DNA of 64,000 nt from the NCBI RefSeq assembly GCF_009914755.1, contig NC_060930.1; one strand, given 5' to 3'. Position numbers and translations under genes: made by a program. Source of the stretch: the human T2T-CHM13v2.0 reference genome, Homo sapiens. The notes under the pieces were generated by a model, which was not told the DNA's origin, did not search any database, and worked only from the letters and a program-made list of their open reading frames with translations. Positions 41,954-64,000 of the stretch are shown in pieces; the first letter of the stretch is position 1, and each line of letters opens with the position of its first letter.

Positions 41954-42878
41954 TGATCCGCCCGCCTCGGCCCCCCAAAGTGCTGGGATTACAGGCGTGA
42001 GCCACCGGGCCCGGCAGTCTTTCTCTCTTTTTTTTTTAAAGTGATATTTATTCATTCATCCACTCCAAAATACTCAGTGGCTCTCCATTGTCTTTGTGGT
42101 AGTTCTTAATCCTAGATACATTTCAGAATCACTCATGGCACTCGTTTTAAACAGACTGCCAGACCAAACCTCAAATCCACTGGCAAAGACTGCTAATTGC
42201 CCCTTGTCCTCCAATATTTGCTTGTCCTTTCTTCCATAATGATAAAACTCCCAATCTTTAAGGGAAGAAACTGCCATCCTGAAAGGACTATATTTCCCAG
42301 CATCCTTTGTAGCAAGGTATAGATATGTATCTAAGGCCTGGCCAACTGGGGATAAACAGAAATGGTCTTTGCAAATTTTTAGGAAAGCCTTTTTTCTCCC
42401 CTTTTCTTTTTCCTACTGGCTAAAATGCAGATGTGATGACTGGAACTGCACTAGCAATTTTGGACCATAAGGTGTTAATCATGACAGAATAAAAAGGTAG
42501 GATCTTTGATGATTGTGGAGCTGCCATATTCGCTTTGGCCTGCCAACATTTACATAAGGAGGAAATAGACTTCTTTCTTGTTTAAGCCACTTTTACTTTG
42601 GGATTTCTGTCATGAACAGCCAAACTTAATCCTAACTTGCCTAATTCTCTTTTTTTAATCCATTACAAAGACCTATTGATTCTACCTTAACTATCCTTCC
42701 CCTTCCATCCATGCTGCCACTGCCTTGGTTCAGTTCTTCAACATTTCTTGCAAAGATTATTAGTTAATCTCCTGTTTTTTCAGCCTTCAGTGATGCCCTT
42801 TTTCAATGCTTCCCAGGTAAGTAGTTCTAAAATGCAAATCTGATCATTTCATTGATCTGTTTAAAATCCTTCAGGGTA

Positions 42879-44710
<1,832 letters not shown>

Positions 44711-45726
44711 GTGCCTTCCCAGTTTGCCTGTTTGGGGGCCCAGCACAACACAAGGAAGAACGCAAGCCAAGGTCTTTCTTTGCTTGGATGATTTCTATGC
44801 ATTTCTCAGGACCCAGATTAGTGTCATCTCCTTGGAAAGCCATCCCTTACCCTTCAGCCTTGGTTAGGGCCTTTCTGAAGTGTCCACCCCTGCATCCCCC
44901 AAGTCCCCAAGCTTTCCTCTGTCATTGTACGTGTAACAGGGATTGCAGCTTTTTCCTCACCAGCTGAGCTCCTTAAAGAAAGGAACCACATCATGTTCAT
45001 CTTCCTTTCCCCAGTACCTAGTAAAGTGCCTAGTACATAATAAGTCCTCAGCAAATGAATTTCTACACAGGAACCACCAGAATCCAAGCACAATGAGAGG
45101 AAGGCCACCTTTTACTCTAACTCCGCCTACTCACTTTATCTTGAATTTATTAACATCCTAGGCTAAGAGCCATTTTATATCTCAACAGAAACAGCAATCT
45201 TAGAAAATATCTTCAAGTAACTCTTAAATTAGGATACTATTAAGCCTCCTGGCTAATCTTAGAGCCCTTCGATGGTGGTTTTTTGATTTATATAACCAGT
45301 TTCTAAAACACATCTTCACTCACTAATAAACCGACACGTATGTGGGTCATTCTTCTGAAATTTGTGTTTTATTCTAACTGTATATGAAGACTTTGATTTG
45401 GTTGTACATGAGAATTTAATCTTTCCACTATGGTGGTAATTTTTTATTTGTCTTAGAGCCTCAGATGTGGCCACCCTGGGTACAACAGGGCATATCATTT
45501 CTGTCTCATCTGTAACCTACAGGATCAAGCAGACCTGAGCTCAGATTTCAGCTCACCCACTTCCACCACAGACTTGCCTTTCTGAGCCTCCTGTAAAATG
45601 AAAATGATCATATTTATGCTGGAGAGTGTAACAGGATGTGAACATGGAAGTCCTTTCTGTCTCCATTTCAACCGAAGCTCAAAGGCCTTCAACAAAACAA
45701 GTTCTCAGGTTCCAAAGTGAGGTGCC

Positions 45727-45745
45727 AAGCGCCCCCTGCAGGAAC
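45727..45745 (-). promoter_or_regulatory. Candidate CTCF site
   Basis: Minus strand GTTCCTGCAGGGGGCGCTT matches the CTCF core CCnnnAGGGGGCGC. Confidence 0.55.
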
Positions 45746-46159
45746 TGCAGAGCAAAGGCGCTTTCTCCTCACCCCAGTCCAGTGAGAGGTGCTCTTAGGG
45801 GAATAACGGGAGAGACAAACACTTATCTCTTAGAGTTTAGTGGAAGAAGAAAAAAGAATGAGAAATTTAAAGGTCAAGGCTGTGCCAGAGCAGGAAAGGG
45901 GCTGCATCACGGGCAGCCTGCCCATCCTCCAACGTCAGCCAGAGACACTCAGCTCTACGTTCCAGACGTGGGCTCCCAGGAGAGCTCTCTGGGGTGCATT
46001 TTGAAAGGCCCCCAACCTGAGGTGACATTCTGCCATGGGCAAGCCAGCCTCAGCAGGGGCTGGAGGCGTTCCACAGAGCAGAAAGGGGGACGCGGTCGTG
46101 TGTGGGGGGCGTCAAAAGCAAGGCAGCAGCATTGCCCCAGTCAGGCCTGTTGCCACACT

Positions 46160-48118
<1,959 letters not shown>

Positions 48119-48717
48119 TTTCAAGAAGTAAACTCCATGAGTTTGAAAGAGTTGGCTTAATCTTCTCAGTGTACACAATCAAATATGTACATAATTATAT
48201 ACGTACATAATCGTATAAATTCAGTGTATATAATTGTATAAATTTATGAAAGTTGTTATCCCCTACTGTTTCCCAGAAAACCCTTGACTCGGAGATGGGA
48301 AGAACTTGCATTCATTGTGCACCCCTTAGACAACTGTCTGTTCCATCACACACCAAGGCCTTCATGGACATCTCTGGCCCTGCTGAAATGGAATAAAGAA
48401 ACTCCCGGCCAGGCGCGGTGGCTCACACCTGTAATCCCAGCACTTTGGGAGGGTGAGGCGGGCAGATTACGATGTCAAGAAATTGAGACCATTCTAGCCA
48501 ACATGGTGAAACCCCGTCTCTACTAAAAATACAAAAATTAACCGGGCGTGGTGGTGGACATCTGTAGTCCGAGCTACTCGGGAAACTGAGGCAGGAGAAT
48601 TGCTTGAACTAGGAGGTGGAGGTTGCAGTGAGCCGAGATCTTGCCACTGCACTCCAGCCTGGCGACAGAGCGAGACTCCATCTCAAACAAAGAAACCCAT
48701 CGCCTAAATCTTAATCA

Positions 48718-48882
<165 letters not shown>

Positions 48883-48954
48883 CTAAAATAAACAAACAAA
48901 TAAATAAATAAACAAAATATTATTTGAACCAAGGTGAAGAAATGATAGTGCCTA

Positions 48955-54445
<5,491 letters not shown>

Positions 54446-54508
54446 GGCTGGGCGCAGTGGCTCACTCCTGTAATCCCAGCACTTTGGTAGGCCTAGGTGG
54501 ACAGATCA

Positions 54509-54874
<366 letters not shown>

Positions 54875-55305
54875 CTAGGCATGGTGGCACACACCTGTAA
54901 TCCCAGCTACTCAAGAGGCTGAGGCACGAGAATCACTTGAACCTGGGAGGCAGAGGTTGAGGTTGCTGTCAGCCGAGATCGCTCCACTTCACTCCAGCCT
55001 AGGCAAAAGAGCGAGACTCTGTCTCAAAAAAAAAAATTTAACTGGGCTTGGTAGTGGCAGTTGTAGTCCCACAACTCAGTCCCTCAGACTCAGTGGGAGT
55101 CTGAGATGGGAGAATTGCTTGAGCCTGGGAGTTCAAGGCTGCAGTGAGCCATAGTTATACTACTGCACTCCAGGATGGGTGACAGAGTAAGACCTTGTCT
55201 CAAAAACCTAAATAAATAAAAATAAATTTACTTTTTCTATGGTTTATTTTAATATATATTTTAAATGAAAACCTATTTAGCCTGAACCCAAGAAGCGGAG
55301 GTTGA

Positions 55306-55680
<375 letters not shown>

Positions 55681-55851
55681 TGATCTTCCCGCCTTGGCCT
55701 CCCATAGTGCTGGGATTACAGGCGTGAGCCACTGCGCCTGGCACGTTCTTTGTTTCTTTAGGTCATTGCCAAAAATACTGATTATAACAACAAAATAATT
55801 CTGCAGAACTGAAGGTAAGAAAAATAAATTTATGAAAACAAGCTGGGCTCA

Positions 55852-56136
<285 letters not shown>

Positions 56137-56306
56137 TTACAAAAACATATATGAGTTATGTATGTCTTTTTGTTTCATCCAGACGTCAGTAGCCCATTAA
56201 CAGAATGCTCAGACATATAGGCAATAATAATTAGATTTAATAATCTCAGATAGTTCAGCAACTTTCTGTCAATACAAGCCACCGTTTTATTTATTTATTT
56301 ATTTAG

Positions 56307-56645
<339 letters not shown>

Positions 56646-57132
56646 TAGGAGGCTAAAAAGAGAGAATCACTTGAGGCCAGGAGATCAAGACCAGCCAGGA
56701 CAACATAGCAAAACCCTGTCCCTACAAAAACATTTTAAAATAAGCCAGACATGGTGGAGTGTGTCTGTAATCCCAGCTACTCAGGAGGCTGAGGCAAGGA
56801 GAATCACTTGAACCCAGGAGTTAGAGGCTGCAGTAAGCTATGATCATGCCACTGCACCCCAACCTGGGTGACAGAGCCAGACCCTGTCTCTTAAAAAAAA
56901 AAGTTAACACATTCTATTTTGTTGTTATAAAGTGGCTTTAAAAATTTTTTTTGTTTGATTTGGTTTAGGTGGAAGTGTTTTTTTTTAATTTTGAGACAGT
57001 CTCACTCTGTGTCACCCAGGCTGGAGTGCAGCGGCTCCACTGCACTCTGCTCACTGCAACTTCTGTCTCCCCGGTTTAAGCAATTCTTGTGCCTCAGCCA
57101 CCTGAGTAGCTGGGATTACAGGTGCACACTAG

Positions 57133-57333
<201 letters not shown>

Positions 57334-58342
57334 TAACTTGATTTATAGCATTTACATACTTGGAATATGCCTCCATTTTTATGCTTGCCCTATATGTTAG
57401 TGACCTAGAATGAATTAGGTGCCTGTTATTAATCCATCAGAATTAAAAGCAATATCTGTCTGGCACAGTTACTCGCAACTGAAATCTCTGCAATCATTCA
57501 GAAATAAGAGATGCCCTTTTCAAAAAGAAGGCCAGGCATGGTGGCTCACACCCATAATCCCAGTACTTTGGGAAGTCAAGACAGAAGGATCACTTGAGGC
57601 CAGGCGTGTCTACCAAAAATTTAAAAATTAGCCGGGCATGGTGCTGTGCACCTGTAGTCCCAGCTACTCAGGAGGCTGAGGCAAGAGGATTGCTGGAGCC
57701 CAGCATTTCAAGGTTACAGTGAGCTATGATCATACCGCTGTATCCCAACCTGGAGACAGAGTGAGACACTATCTCTAATAAATAATACTAATAAATAAAA
57801 GTTAAAAAGAAACTATTGCTGAAAATTGTTCATTTATAATGCTGTCTTATGATAGGATGTCATGGACAGTAATATATAGACCAGAGACATCCCTTTGTAA
57901 AGTTATGTGCAGAAACATCATATATCTCAAAGGAAGGAGAAAAACAGCAGGGGAAAGAAAGTAGGTAAATTGAAGTGGACATCTCCGCTGTGATTGAAAG
58001 GACCGTATCAATGAGGGTGTCAGACTTAATAGCTGGGGAAATGAGAAGACAAATGGGCCACTCCTAGAGACTTAGAAATACACTGTGGAAGAGCAGGTAA
58101 AAGCAGCAACTTGTTAAGAGGAAAGAAGAGCAAAGGTACAAGGAAAAGGCAGGGGCAGGAATCAAGATTTGTGGAGCATCTGCCATGTGCCAGGCCCAGT
58201 GCTAAGCATATAACATGCTTTGATGATACCTTCAACTACACAACACACCAGAGGTTTAATAGGATTTAGTATATGAAAACTGTATGTAGGAGGCTACTTT
58301 AAACAGCCCCTAGTGCCTATTAGGCAAAGTTCAAAATTGTTA

Positions 58343-58678
<336 letters not shown>

Positions 58679-59315
58679 TCACCCCAGTCTCTCCTTCCCT
58701 CCCCTGTCATAGTGCACTTCAGCACACCAGCACATCAGCCATTTCATGCCTTTGTGTCTTCGTGCATGCTGTTCACGTGGCCCAGGGTGCCTTAGCTCAT
58801 TGGCGAACTCATGCATCCTTCAAACCCCAATTCAAATGTTATCTTCTCTGTGAAGTCTGAGTTCTCAAAATCTGCCAGGCCCAGCAACTCTTTCTTCTTT
58901 CTGTTCCTATAAGTCCTTCCATAACATAAAGCATTTATCACTTGGCATTAAAATTGTTAGTTCTTGTGACTATCTCCTCCAGACAGTAGCTCCTAGTGGG
59001 CAGTGCAATAGCCCAGCACCTACACTAGTGCCAGGAACACAGTAGGGATGTAATACTAACCAAAAGAATAGTCCAATGGCCATTCACAGTGGTTCACATC
59101 TGTAATCCCTGCAACTTGGGAGGCTGAGGCAGGAGGATTGCTTGTGGCCACGAGTTCTAACTTTCTAACTAGCCTGGGCAACATACCAAGATGCTGTCCA
59201 AAAAACAAAAAAAATTTAAGGAATAGTTGAATAGACCAGGCATAGTGGTTCATCCCTGTAATCCCAGCACTTTGCTGGGCCAAGATGGGAGAATCACTTG
59301 AGGCCAGGAGTTCTA

Positions 59316-60343
<1,028 letters not shown>

Positions 60344-60890
60344 CTTTAGATTATCATTGACCTGCAACATAGGCAAATTCTACCTCATTATAATTTTTTT
60401 GTACTAAAAACAAACAAAAACTCAGCCACTTACAAGCTGAGTAATTTCAAAAACCTTCTTTAGCCTTTTGCTTCTCATTTTATTAACCTGGAAACCCAGC
60501 AAGAGGGACTAGATGACAGGAGAAGACTGAGAGCTCAAAGTCCAGAGAATTGACCTCCGTTCCACCAAGCCCTCTGAGGGGACAGCTAAAGGGAGTAACC
60601 TGTATCCCTTCCCCAGATGGGAGGACAGACAAATGCTTATACTTCTACCCATGTGGATCCCAGGCGTTTCCTGCAGAGAGTGATAGGTGATGGGTTTATT
60701 CCAATCCATGACCCAGAGCACCATGTTGAAAACATCTACAAAGTAATGAAGCCTTAACCCCTTCTGTTCTTCGGGTTGGAGTGGTCTGAGATCATTTACG
60801 TTTTCATACAACTTTCTGTGTCAGGGAGGCTGGGCGTGGTGGCTCACACCTGCAATCCCAACACTTTGGGAGGCTGGGGCCAGTGGATCA

Positions 60891-61133
<243 letters not shown>

Positions 61134-61242
61134 TCAGGGATAAATCACTCAACTTCTTTCTCATAGGTTTTTGAGACTACAGACTACAGAGAATGAGGCT
61201 TGTAAAGGCAACGGGGTTTATAATTAGGTTCACTAAGGCTGA

Positions 61243-61561
<319 letters not shown>

Positions 61562-61713
61562 GATTATCTGATTTTTCACCTGCAAAGAAAGCACTTTGCA
61601 ATCCCTAAACTCCAAGAAGAAAAAATGCTAAATCCCCTTTCCAGATTTTCTGAGATAACTGGGTTTGTGTGTGCATAACAGTGGGAAAGACCTATCCAGT
61701 TCCCTTTCCTTAA

Positions 61714-62099
<386 letters not shown>

Positions 62100-62159
62100 T
62101 CAGAATCACCTGGAGGGCTTATTAACCCATGGATCGCTGGGCTTACACGATTCATTTTG

Positions 62160-63729
<1,570 letters not shown>

Positions 63730-64000
63730 TGTTAACGGTGGACAGTATCCAGGTTCTTGGTGTCTTGAACAAAGAATTGGACAAAACACACAAACAAAGC
63801 AAGGAAGGAATGAAGGGTTTTATTGAAAATGAAAGTACACTCCACAGTGTGGGAGTGGGCCTCGGCAGAGGGGCACAAAGACCGTGTTACAGAATTTTTG
63901 GGAGTTTAAATACCCGCTAGAGGATTCCATTGGCTATTTCGGGTATGCCCCATGTAAATGGAGAGGATGAAGTAAAGTTACAAAGTTATTTACGGCATAC
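63730..64000 (-). mobile_element. MER51(A)-type ERV1 LTR, runs off the window
   Basis: tgttaacggtggacagtatccaggttcttggtgtcttgaacaaagaattggacaaaac... matches the recalled MER51 consensus; starts abruptly after Hsmar1 codons HNQQD. Confidence 0.75.

Overview
Human (primate) genomic DNA containing the intron-bearing CD24 gene on the minus strand (chr6q21 by recalled knowledge). Coding exon 1 is 22711-22643 and coding exon 2 is 19899-19726, giving an 80-aa GPI-anchored sialoglycoprotein. The gene has a ~1.8 kb Alu-containing 3'UTR ending near 17896 and a TATA/CpG-island promoter. An in-frame alternative first exon in the intron (21950-21735) would give a 129-aa signal-peptide-less form, and there are candidate upstream non-coding exons. 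The sequence appears to carry the CD24 3'UTR 'P1527' TG-deletion haplotype. Everything else is repeat-dominated: roughly 95-100 Alu copies or fragments by eye, many nested; a decayed ERV-L pol/integrase/dUTPase segment with an MLT2-type LTR remnant; a MER4-group ERV internal segment; a near full-length dead Hsmar1 mariner cut by Alu and MER51 insertions; and Tigger3, MER3/MER33/MER5, L1, L2 and MIR fragments. Almost all ORFs in the track are Alu or GC-rich artefacts. I found no evidence of a wholly new biological system. The best leads are CD24 isoform and regulatory architecture and some unusual repeat structures. Repeat family names are assigned from memory of consensus sequences and need RepeatMasker/Dfam confirmation.
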